64,000 bases of DNA from an uncultured Planctomycetales bacterium (GTDB lineage Bacteria; Planctomycetota; MHYJ01; JACPRB01): contig CAYXVY010000337.1 of assembly GCA_964468745.1 (NCBI GenBank), positions 5,390-69,389 of the forward strand, given 5' to 3'. Within the stretch, counting starts at the first letter, position 1. Every line of letters starts with the position of its first letter. Below, one piece after another: positions 28,494-36,342 of the stretch. The translations under genes and the position numbers were made by a program. The notes below the pieces were generated by a model. That model ran no database searches and was not told the DNA's origin. It was given only the letters and a program-made list of their open reading frames with translations.

Positions 28494-28982
28494 CTACGAC
28501 TTCGGCTCTTCCTTCTTCGTTTCCGCGGACAGCGGCTTGGTCGACAGGACCCACACTTTGAGCTTCGGCTTCACGTCGCGGTGCAGGTTGATTTCGACCT
28601 CGTACGTCCCCGTCTGCTTGATGGCCTCGCTGATCTCGACGGCCTTCGCCTCGACCTTGAGGCCCTTGTCGCGCAGTGCCTCCGTGATCATGCTCGGCGT
28701 GACGGATCCGTAGAGCTGCCCGCTCTCGTTCGTATTGACCTCGATCGAGATGCTGGCGACCTCGACGAGCTTTTCGGCGACGGCCTTGGCATCGATGATG
28801 AGCTTGGCGTCGGCCTTGGACTGGCGCCGCTTCTCGATCTCGAATTCGCGCTTGGCGCCCTCGGTCTGAAGCGAAGCAAGCTTGCGCGGCAGCAGGAAGT
28901 TGCGCGCGTATCCGTCGCGGACATCGACGACCTCGCCGCGCTTACCGAGCTTATCCATGTCCTTCCACAGCATGACTTTCAT
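28494..28982 (-). CDS. rplI: 50S ribosomal protein L9
   Basis: MKVML..LGKRGEVV.V.DGYARNFLLP; LYGSVT. Confidence 0.97.
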   Translation of the reverse strand: MKVMLWKDMDKLGKRGEVVDVRDGYARNFLLPRKLASLQTEGAKREFEIEKRRQSKADAKLIIDAKAVAEKLVEVASISIEVNTNESGQLYGSVTPSMITEALRDKGLKVEAKAVEISEAIKQTGTYEVEINLHRDVKPKLKVWVLSTKPLSAETKKEEPKS

Positions 28983-29046
28983 AACCATCCTCAATTCTAG
29001 CCCAGTCTTCGATCCCCGGTCGGAATTCCCGCCGGGGGGGGACGTA

Positions 29047-29319
29047 TTAGAGCGAACCCGTGCCGACGTAGGGGATGAGCGCCATGAAACGCGCGCGACG
29101 GATGGCGCACGTGGCCCTGCGCTGGTGGAAGGCGCAGTTGCCGGAGCGCTTGCGCGAGTAGAGCTTGCCCTGTCCCGTGCAGAGCTTGAGCAGCGTCATG
29201 ACTTCCTTGTAGTCGACGTTGTCGATTTTGTCGCGGCAGAAGCGGCAGCGGTTGTCCTTGCGGAACTTGGTGTACTTCTTCTTACGATCGCGGTCGTCGT
29301 CTCTCTGCGGTTGTCTCAC
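29047..29319 (-). CDS. rpsR: 30S ribosomal protein S18 (Zn-binding type)
   Basis: CRFC..DYK..GK...R..GNC..HQR..IRRAR..ALIPY. Confidence 0.97.
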   Translation of the reverse strand: MRQPQRDDDRDRKKKYTKFRKDNRCRFCRDKIDNVDYKEVMTLLKLCTGQGKLYSRKRSGNCAFHQRRATCAIRRARFMALIPYVGTGSL

Positions 29320-29341
29320 GATATCTCCTTACGATTTCGTC

Positions 29342-29791
29342 CTAGAAAGGGATGTTCTCAGCCGGCGGATCTTCCATTGCATCGGGCGGCGGCTCCTCGG
29401 CCGGCGGCGGCGCCGACTCCTGGCCTCCGCGACCGCCCGGCGCGCCTCCCCCGCCCGCGGCGGATCCGAGGAATTGTACGCGCTCGGCGGTGACGCTCAT
29501 CTTGCTGCGCTTCTGGCCGGACTTCTGGTCCTCCCACCGGTCCTGCTTGAGCCGGCCTTCGACGAAGACGGGCCGTCCCTTCTTCAGGTACTCCGCGCAG
29601 ATTTCGGCCTGTCTCGCCCACGCGGTGATGTCTACGAAGGTGACCTCCTCGCGCTTCTCTCCCGACTTCGTCGTGTAGTTGTTGTTCACGGCGATGGCGA
29701 ACTCGCATACCGCGGCGCCCGACGGCGTGTAACGCAGTTCGGGGTCGCGCACGAGATTTCCCATCAACAGGACTTTGTTGTAACTCGCCAC
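29342..29791 (-). CDS. ssb: Single-stranded DNA-binding protein (primary)
   Basis: NKVLLMGNL.RDPELRYT; acidic tail ending ENIPF; located in rpsF-ssb-rpsR. Confidence 0.97.
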   Translation of the reverse strand: MASYNKVLLMGNLVRDPELRYTPSGAAVCEFAIAVNNNYTTKSGEKREEVTFVDITAWARQAEICAEYLKKGRPVFVEGRLKQDRWEDQKSGQKRSKMSVTAERVQFLGSAAGGGGAPGGRGGQESAPPPAEEPPPDAMEDPPAENIPF

Positions 29792-29800
29792 GTCGTTCTC

Positions 29801-30214
29801 CTAGAACCTGGGCCCCGACGGACGGAATCCGCCGCCCTCGCCGCCCGTGTCGACGACCGGCATTTCGCGGCGGACCGGAACGAGTCCCGCGGTCTCGAAG
29901 TCCTTGGGAGGGTCCTTGCGCATGAGGCCGCCGTCGTGACGGACAATGATCGAGCGGAAGACGAGCTCCGAGAGGGCGAAATCGCCCCGGATCTTTGCGA
30001 CCGACTTCTCCGGCGCCTTGAAGTACGTGACCACGTAGGTGCCGCGATTGCTCTTCTTCACCGGGTACGCGAGCTTGCGCTCGCCCCACTTGTTGAGCAG
30101 CACGACTTCACCGCCGTTTCGTTTCACGATACGGTCGATCTCGTCTGTGATCTTCGTCCATTCGCGCGCCGCCACGGTCGGATCCACGAGGAACAGGGCT
30201 TCGTACGTTTTCAC
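29801..30214 (-). CDS. rpsF: 30S ribosomal protein S6
   Basis: GTG start with GGAGG RBS; KTYEALFL..WGERKLAYPVKK..G.Y. Confidence 0.96.
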   Translation of the reverse strand: MKTYEALFLVDPTVAAREWTKITDEIDRIVKRNGGEVVLLNKWGERKLAYPVKKSNRGTYVVTYFKAPEKSVAKIRGDFALSELVFRSIIVRHDGGLMRKDPPKDFETAGLVPVRREMPVVDTGGEGGGFRPSGPRF

Positions 30215-30807
30215 TTCTTTTCGCCTCCGTCTATTTTCTCTTCTTCCGTTTTGATCACTCGATTGAATTTCGTCATGGTCTTTTCGATTCCCTCCACCGC
30301 CCAGAACTGCAGCGCCTGGACGGCGTGGCCGACGGTTTCGTCGACCAACTTCCATTCGGCCTTCGGGAACTGTCCCAGCACGTAATCGGGGTTGGGCTTG
30401 CCGCCCCCCACGCCGATGCGCAGCCGCGGGTAGTTCTCGTGCCCGAGCGTCTCGTTGATCGACTTCAGTCCGTTGTGCCCGCCGCTGGATCCGCCCTTGC
30501 GGATCCGCACGCTGCCGGTCGGCAGCGCGACGTCGTCGCACACCACCATGAAGTCATCGCCGAGGTCGCCCCAGCGCGACGTGAGCTCCGCGAGGACGCG
30601 GCCGGTCTGGTTGACGTACGTCCATGTCTTCACCAGCACCGCCTCGCCGCGTCCGAGCCGCCCTTCGGCGGCCCAGAACTCGAAGCCGGACTTCTTGAAC
30701 TTCCGGTCCATTTTTCCAGAGAGCGCGTCGAGAACCATCCACCCGACGTTGTGCCGGGTTTTCTCGTATTTCTCGTCGGGATTCCCGATCCCGAGGATCA
30801 CTTTCAT
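30211..30807 (-). CDS. pth: Peptidyl-tRNA hydrolase
   Basis: GIGNP..Y..TRHNVG, GGHNGLKS, RLRIGVG. Confidence 0.97.
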   Translation of the reverse strand: MKVILGIGNPDEKYEKTRHNVGWMVLDALSGKMDRKFKKSGFEFWAAEGRLGRGEAVLVKTWTYVNQTGRVLAELTSRWGDLGDDFMVVCDDVALPTGSVRIRKGGSSGGHNGLKSINETLGHENYPRLRIGVGGGKPNPDYVLGQFPKAEWKLVDETVGHAVQALQFWAVEGIEKTMTKFNRVIKTEEEKIDGGEKK

Positions 30808-30852
30808 GAACAGCTACTTGTAGTGAGCGAGGGCCGCAAGGCCCGAGTCGAA

Positions 30853-31569
30853 CTACTTCTTGTCTTCCTTCTTGCCGCCTTGAGCCGCGTCCTTCTTCGG
30901 GGCGGCTGCGCCTTCCTTCTTCTCGCCCTCGGCGCCGGGTTCCACCGCGCGCTCCGGCTTGATGATTTCGGGTTCCACCGCGCCCGGCACGACCGCCGCC
31001 GCGGGGACGACCTCTTCGAGCTTGTGCTCCACGACCGCCGCCAGCACGAGACCCTGATCTTGCAGGAGCTTCACGCCCGCTGGGACCTTGACGTCCTTCA
31101 GCGTGAGGCGCTCATCCTTCTTGAGGTAGACCACGTCGATCTCGATCCTGTCGGGAATCGCCGTCGCGAGGCACTCGATTTTGAGAATCTTGACGTACTG
31201 GTCCAGCACCGCGCCCTCTTCAACGACGCCGATCGGCTTGCCCTTGAGGATGAGCTCGACCTCGAGCTGGATCTTCTCGTCGAGGGCGATCTTCACGAAA
31301 TCCACGTGATAGACACGTTCGCCGAGATGGTCCCACTGGACCTCTTTGATGAAGACTCGGTCCTTTCCGGCGGGATGCGTGAGTTCGACGACGCGCGCAT
31401 GCTTCTTCAGCACCTTTTCGAAGTCGCGCTCGTTGACCTGCAGGTTCACGGGCTTTTCCTTCTTGTGCATCAGCACGCACGGGACGCTGCCCGCCTTGCG
31501 CAGGCGGATCGAGACGCGCGTCCCGAGCAGGTCGCGCTTGTCCGCCTTGAGGGTGATCGTTTCGGCCAT
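30853..31569 (-). CDS. rplY: 50S ribosomal protein L25 / general stress protein Ctc
   Basis: LRKAGSVPCV, IKEVQWD, HVDF; long Ctc form. Confidence 0.95.
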   Translation of the reverse strand: MAETITLKADKRDLLGTRVSIRLRKAGSVPCVLMHKKEKPVNLQVNERDFEKVLKKHARVVELTHPAGKDRVFIKEVQWDHLGERVYHVDFVKIALDEKIQLEVELILKGKPIGVVEEGAVLDQYVKILKIECLATAIPDRIEIDVVYLKKDERLTLKDVKVPAGVKLLQDQGLVLAAVVEHKLEEVVPAAAVVPGAVEPEIIKPERAVEPGAEGEKKEGAAAPKKDAAQGGKKEDKK

Positions 31570-31578
31570 GGCGTACCT

Positions 31579-32517
31579 CTATAGGAAAAGTGAGCTGACG
31601 GATTCGGACTTGTGGATGCGGCGGATCGCCTCGCCGAGCAGATTCGCCACGGAGAGCGCCTTGAGGTTGGCGGGCACGTCGCGACCCTCGAGCGGGATCG
31701 AGTCCGTTACGACGACCTCCTTGAGGGACGCCTTGCGCAGTTTCTCGACGGCGTTGCCCGCGAGCACGGGGTGCGTGGCGCAGATGTAGACGTCCTTCCC
31801 ACCCTTGGACTTGCACGCGCGAGCCGCTTCGCTGATCGACGTGCCCGTCGAGATCAGATCGTCCACGAGCACGATGTTCTTGCCTTCAACGTCGCCGATG
31901 ATGTGCATCACCTCGGTCTCGGTCGGGCCGCTGCGGCGCTTGTCGACGATCGCGAGCCCGGCGTTGAGGCGCTTGGCGTACGCGCGCGCCATCTTGATAC
32001 CGCCGACGTCGGGGGACACGATGACGAGATCCTGGATTTCGAGCTTGCGCAGATAGTCGACGAGCACCGGCGCGGCGTAAAGGTGATCCATCGGGATGTC
32101 AAAGAAGCCCTGGATCTGGTGCGCGTGGAGATCCATCGCGAGCGCGCGCTGGGCGCCCGCGGTCGTGATCATGTTCGCGCAGAGCTTTGCGGTGATCGGG
32201 ACGCGGCCCTCCGCCTTGCGGTCCTGGCGCGCGTAGCCGAAGTACGGCATCACCGCGGTGATGCGCTCGGCGCTGGCGCGGCGCAGGCAGTCGATGAGGA
32301 TGAGGAGCTCCATCAGGTTCTCGTTCACGGGCGGGCATGTCGGCTGGATGACGTACACATCCGATCCGCGCACGTCCTCGAGAACCTTCACGTCAATCTC
32401 GCCGTCGGGGAACTTCGAGATGTCGCAATTGCCGAGCGGCAGGTTGAGGTAGTCCGCCACGCGCTTGGCGAGCGGCTTGTTCGCGTTGCCCGAAAAGATG
32501 AGGAGAAGGTTTTTCAC
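31579..32517 (-). CDS. prs: Ribose-phosphate pyrophosphokinase
   Basis: FPDGE, YFGYARQDRK, VSPDVGG, VDDLISTGTS. Confidence 0.98.
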   Translation of the reverse strand: MKNLLLIFSGNANKPLAKRVADYLNLPLGNCDISKFPDGEIDVKVLEDVRGSDVYVIQPTCPPVNENLMELLILIDCLRRASAERITAVMPYFGYARQDRKAEGRVPITAKLCANMITTAGAQRALAMDLHAHQIQGFFDIPMDHLYAAPVLVDYLRKLEIQDLVIVSPDVGGIKMARAYAKRLNAGLAIVDKRRSGPTETEVMHIIGDVEGKNIVLVDDLISTGTSISEAARACKSKGGKDVYICATHPVLAGNAVEKLRKASLKEVVVTDSIPLEGRDVPANLKALSVANLLGEAIRRIHKSESVSSLFL

Positions 32518-33779
32518 TTCTTCCCTCCGCGTGCGCCGATGGCGCGCGCCGGGACGCCGACGACCGTGGCGCCTGCGGGAACGTCCTTCAGCACCACCGC
32601 GCCCGCGCCCGTCTTCGCGCCCTTGCCGAGCCGCACCGGCGCGACGAGCACCGTGTTCGAGCCCGTCGATGCATCGTCCTCGATCACGCTTGCATGCTTG
32701 TCACGGCCGTCGTAATTCGCGGTGATCGTCCCGGCGCCGATGTTCACGCGATCGCCGAGCGTCGCGTCGCCGAGATATGTGAGGTGCTTCGCCTTCGAAT
32801 GCTTGCCGATGCGCGACTTCTTCACCTCGACGTAGTTGCCGACTTCCGCGCCGTCGTCGAGCACAGTGCCGGGGCGCAGGTGCGAGAACGGCCCGACGTC
32901 GCAGTTTTTGCCGATGACGACGTCATGCTCGATGACGCAGAACGGCCGGATGATCGTGTCGCTACCGATGACGACGTCGTCCTCGATATAGGTCGTGGAC
33001 GGGTCGAGGATGCCGACGCCGTTGTCGAGATGCGCCTGGAGTACGCGCCAGCGGATGAGGTTGGTGGCGGCGACGAGATCGCGGCGTGTGTTGATGCCGT
33101 AGACCTCGGTGTTGTCTTCCGAGCGATAGGTGCCGACGCGTTTTCCGCCGGCCACAAGGAGCGAAATGACGTCGGTCAGGTAGTACTCGCCCTTGACGTT
33201 GTTCGGCTTGACGGCCCGCAGCGCGTCGAAGAGGTCGCGGGCGTTGAAGACGTAATGGCCCGAGTTGACCTCCTGGATCGCGCGCTCCGTCTCGTTCGCG
33301 TCGGATTCCTCGACGATCTTGAGAAAGTTCCCCTTGTCGTCGCGGACGACGCGCCCGTAGCCGTGGGCGTCGTCGAGGCACGCCGTGAGGACGGTGCACG
33401 CGGCGCCGACCTTGCGGTGGGTCTCGACCATGGTGACGATGGACTGGAGGCTGATGAGGGGGGCGTCCCCCGCGAGCACGAGGACGGGGCCGTCGTATTT
33501 CGCGAAGGCGTCGGCGCTCTGGAGAACGGCATGGCCGGTCCCCTTCTGCTCGGTCTGTCGCACGAATTCGACGCCGGTGCCGGCGGCGCGGCGGACCTCG
33601 TGCTCCTGGTGGCCGACGACGATTGTGATGTCGGCGATGCCGGCGGCGCGCACGGCCTTGAGGACATAGTGAAGCACCGGCCTGCCGAGGATCTCGTGCA
33701 GGACCTTGGCACGCTCCGATTTCATACGCACGCCTCTGCCCGCGGCCAGGACGATGGCGCGAACGCTGTCGTTAGACAC
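32514..33779 (-). CDS. glmU: Bifunctional GlcNAc-1-P uridyl/acetyltransferase
   Basis: LAAGRG.RMKS..KVLH, QKGTGHA, hexapeptide repeats, HLTYLGD; GTG start at 33779. Confidence 0.96.
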   Translation of the reverse strand: MSNDSVRAIVLAAGRGVRMKSERAKVLHEILGRPVLHYVLKAVRAAGIADITIVVGHQEHEVRRAAGTGVEFVRQTEQKGTGHAVLQSADAFAKYDGPVLVLAGDAPLISLQSIVTMVETHRKVGAACTVLTACLDDAHGYGRVVRDDKGNFLKIVEESDANETERAIQEVNSGHYVFNARDLFDALRAVKPNNVKGEYYLTDVISLLVAGGKRVGTYRSEDNTEVYGINTRRDLVAATNLIRWRVLQAHLDNGVGILDPSTTYIEDDVVIGSDTIIRPFCVIEHDVVIGKNCDVGPFSHLRPGTVLDDGAEVGNYVEVKKSRIGKHSKAKHLTYLGDATLGDRVNIGAGTITANYDGRDKHASVIEDDASTGSNTVLVAPVRLGKGAKTGAGAVVLKDVPAGATVVGVPARAIGARGGKK

Positions 33780-33890
33780 TGTCTCTATATCGCTGGGATG
33801 AGTCGTTCGAGGGGTGTCCTTCGCGGATCCGCTACCACACGGCCACCGTGAGGAGGTCACACCTTACTGCGCCACCGGAGGCGGAGCGGA

Positions 33891-33919
33891 ATGATAGGGA
33901 AGTCGGGGAGGGGAGTCAA
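33891..33919 (-). promoter_or_regulatory. Sigma70-type promoter for glmU-prs-rplY-pth
   Basis: Minus strand TTGACT-N17-TATCAT. Confidence 0.7.
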
Positions 33920-33945
33920 GCCTCGAGAGGCGACCTGAAACGAAG

Positions 33946-33969
33946 CGGGGCGGCTCGAAGGCCACCCCG
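33946..33969 (-). terminator. Hairpin downstream of the tRNA-like gene
   Basis: CGGGGTGGC-cttcga-GCCGCCCCG followed by cttcgtttc on the minus strand. Confidence 0.5.
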
Positions 33970-34073
33970 ACCCGTAGCTCATTCTCCAATCCTTTTCACT
34001 CGGATTGAAGCCTGTCTCGCGAACTGGCGTCATGCTAGTGTGCGACGATACGTGGGTCAAGGCCGTGAGCAGG

Positions 34074-34146
34074 AGCGCCCGGCGGGACTCGAACCCGCAT
34101 CTACCCGTTCGCGAAACAGGTGCTCTATTCGTTGAGCTACGGGCGC
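34074..34146 (-). tRNA. Atypical tRNA with CGC (Ala) anticodon; identity ambiguous
   Basis: GCGCCCG TA GCTC AACGAATA GAGC A CCTGT TT-CGC-GA ACGGG TAGAT GCGGG TTCGAGT CCCGC CGGGCGC T: complete 73-nt cloverleaf, followed by CCT rather than CCA. Confidence 0.8.
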
Positions 34147-34227
34147 CCTGCCTTTCAAGTGTCGGGGCGGCACAGACGATCCCGTCGAGCATGCGACGTC
34201 ATCGCGCTGCGCGCCCCTGTCGTTTCC

Positions 34228-34650
34228 CTATTCGTCGCGACTGCTGTCCTCCGGGGCCTGCTCCGCTTCCTGTCCTTCTTGTCCGTTCGGCACCGACACC
34301 GGCACTGGCACCTCGATCTTGCGGTCAAGGAACTGGATCCGGTCCGCCGTCACCTCGATCTTCGAGCGATTCTGTCCCTCCTTGTCCGACCAGCGGCTCT
34401 GACGCAGCTGCCCGACGACCATGCACGTGCTTCCCTTCTTGAGGAACTGGCAGGCGATCTCCGCTTGGTGGCGCCACACCGTGATCTCGATGAAGCTCAC
34501 GGTTTTCTTCAAGGTTCCGTCCTGCTGCGGCACCTCTTTGTTCACGGCGAGCGCGAATTTTGCGTACGGCAGCGCGCCGTTCGCGCCGTACTTGAGCTCC
34601 GGGTCGCGCGTCAGGCGCCCCACGAGAATCACGAGACTGTAGTCACGCAT
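34228..34650 (-). CDS. Second SSB paralogue lacking the aromatic C-terminal tail
   Basis: VILVGRLTRDPEL.Y, G.LRQSRW.DK.GQ.RSK..V.A; AGGAGG RBS; ends DSSRDE. Confidence 0.9.
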   Translation of the reverse strand: MRDYSLVILVGRLTRDPELKYGANGALPYAKFALAVNKEVPQQDGTLKKTVSFIEITVWRHQAEIACQFLKKGSTCMVVGQLRQSRWSDKEGQNRSKIEVTADRIQFLDRKIEVPVPVSVPNGQEGQEAEQAPEDSSRDE

Positions 34651-34963
34651 GGCCGCGCCTCCTTTTGCACACGTCGTCACCGCTCTTCGCGCGTCTCATC
34701 GCCGCGCACACAACGGGTTCCCTGCAAGCGGCATGCCACGAGGCCATGCGCAAGGCGCTGCGCGGCAACAGCCAAGCGCGTGTCGCGATAGGGCACAGAT
34801 GAAAGTGTTTCCGGGGGAAACGCGGCGTTTCCGGGAGAAACGCGGTCGCGCTCGAGCCCTCGCGCGTCGAAAGCACGCGTCGGGATGAGCCGGAGTGCTC
34901 GCCGGCGACCGTAAAGGACGAAAAGCGCGCCAAATGTATTTTTTCAGCGCGTCAAGTTTCTCG

Positions 34964-34991
34964 TTGCAGCGTTACATGCCCTGAATATAAT
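34964..34991 (+). promoter_or_regulatory. Candidate sigma70 promoter facing the 3' end of mgtE
   Basis: TTGCAG-N16-TATAAT in an A/T-rich patch; hairpin gccgaaaaacg...cgttttcggc at 35030-35073. Confidence 0.4.
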
Positions 34992-35143
34992 TCTCGTGTC
35001 GTCGTTCTTCATCGCATCCAGCGTTCACAAGCCGAAAAACGTCCCGGCCCTGGAGAGAGGGTCATTCGTTTTCGGCACTGGCGGGACCGGAATAATAAAT
35101 AGGACAGCCACCCGCACTGTCCCTGTCCGCGCATGCTTCCTGC

Positions 35144-36109
35144 TCAAAGCAGGAGCAGGTGAGCGAGGCCGAGGAAGCTGAGAAACCCGATCACATCCGT
35201 GAACGTCGTCATGATGATGGACGACGATTGCGCAGGGTCGCGGCCCAACGCCTTCATGAGGATCGGAATCCCTGCTCCGGCCACGCCCGCCGTGACCATG
35301 TTGATCACCATCGCGGCCGCCATGACCGCCGCAAGCCCCCACTGGCGATACCACGCGAAGACGGCCGCCGCGGCGACGAGAGCCACCGCGATCCCGTTCA
35401 CAAGGCCCAGCACGGCTTCCTTCATCATCACGCGCCACGCCTGTCCGCGCTTGAGCTCGTTCACTGCCAGGCCACGGATGACGACCGCGAGCGCCTGCGC
35501 CCCCGCGTTTCCGCCCTGCCCTGCGACAATCGACTGCAGAACAGCGAGCGCCGTGATGCGGCTGATCGTCGCTTCGAAGATCGCGACGACCGCCGCCGCC
35601 AGAAACGCGGTCGCCAGGTTTACCTGCAGCCATCCGAGTCGCGCGCGAATCGAAAACGTCACCGGCGAGAGCGCGCGCTCGTCGCCGCCGGCGCCGAACA
35701 TCCGCTGCATGTCCGCGCCGGCTTCCGCCTCGGCGATCTTGATCAGGTCCGAAGGGCGGATCGCGCCGACGAGTCTCCCCTCCGTGTCGACCACGGGAAA
35801 GGCGACGTACTTTTTTTCCGCCGCGAGCCTGAGCACTTCGTCGCGCGGCGTGTCGCTTTGCACTGCCACGACCTCCCGCGACATGATCGCTCCGAGGGTT
35901 TCCTGCGAGCCTGCGAGCAGGAGGTGACGCATCGACAGCACGCCCACGAGCTTGCCCTCGGCGTCGGTGACATAGAGGTAGTAGAGCGACTCGGGCGGCG
36001 CGCCGCGCAGCAAGCCGACCGCCTTGTGGATCGTCCAGTCCGATCTCAGTGCGACCACTGCCGGATCCATGATGCGGATGACGGTATCGCCCGCAGGTAG
36101 CGTGCCCAT
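35144..36109 (-). CDS. mgtE: MgtE-family Mg2+ transporter (CBS pair + TM domain, no N-domain)
   Basis: YYLYVTD..GKL.GV CBS pair; ARLGWL, GNAGAQ, P..SS..MTT.TD. Confidence 0.9.
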   Translation of the reverse strand: MGTLPAGDTVIRIMDPAVVALRSDWTIHKAVGLLRGAPPESLYYLYVTDAEGKLVGVLSMRHLLLAGSQETLGAIMSREVVAVQSDTPRDEVLRLAAEKKYVAFPVVDTEGRLVGAIRPSDLIKIAEAEAGADMQRMFGAGGDERALSPVTFSIRARLGWLQVNLATAFLAAAVVAIFEATISRITALAVLQSIVAGQGGNAGAQALAVVIRGLAVNELKRGQAWRVMMKEAVLGLVNGIAVALVAAAAVFAWYRQWGLAAVMAAAMVINMVTAGVAGAGIPILMKALGRDPAQSSSIIMTTFTDVIGFLSFLGLAHLLLL

Positions 36110-36342
36110 CGTTCCTCCCGTTTGGAGCAACGATGAGCCTACCTCATTCGAATCGTTTCGTCTCGCAACGCCACTGCGGTTTCGCCCCCTCGACCGGCCC
36201 GTCGCTTCCTCGACACAGCGACGTTCGTCGCCTTGCCGTGCGTACCGACCGGAGGCCCGTCAAGCACGTATAATCTCACGACTCATCCTCCTTCGCGGTC
36301 CGTCAGACCGAACGGAGGGGTTGGAAACGCTACGGAGGACAG

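Noticed and set aside
33780-33890. tRNA-Gln expected upstream of glmU/prs
   Set aside because: No cloverleaf or T-loop in the leader.
33857-34192. ORF 33857..34192
   Set aside because: Overlaps the tRNA, hairpin and promoter; no coding signature.
36110-36340. Mg2+ (M-box) or other riboswitch upstream of mgtE
   Set aside because: Only short hairpins are present; I recognise no aptamer consensus. An Rfam scan would be needed.
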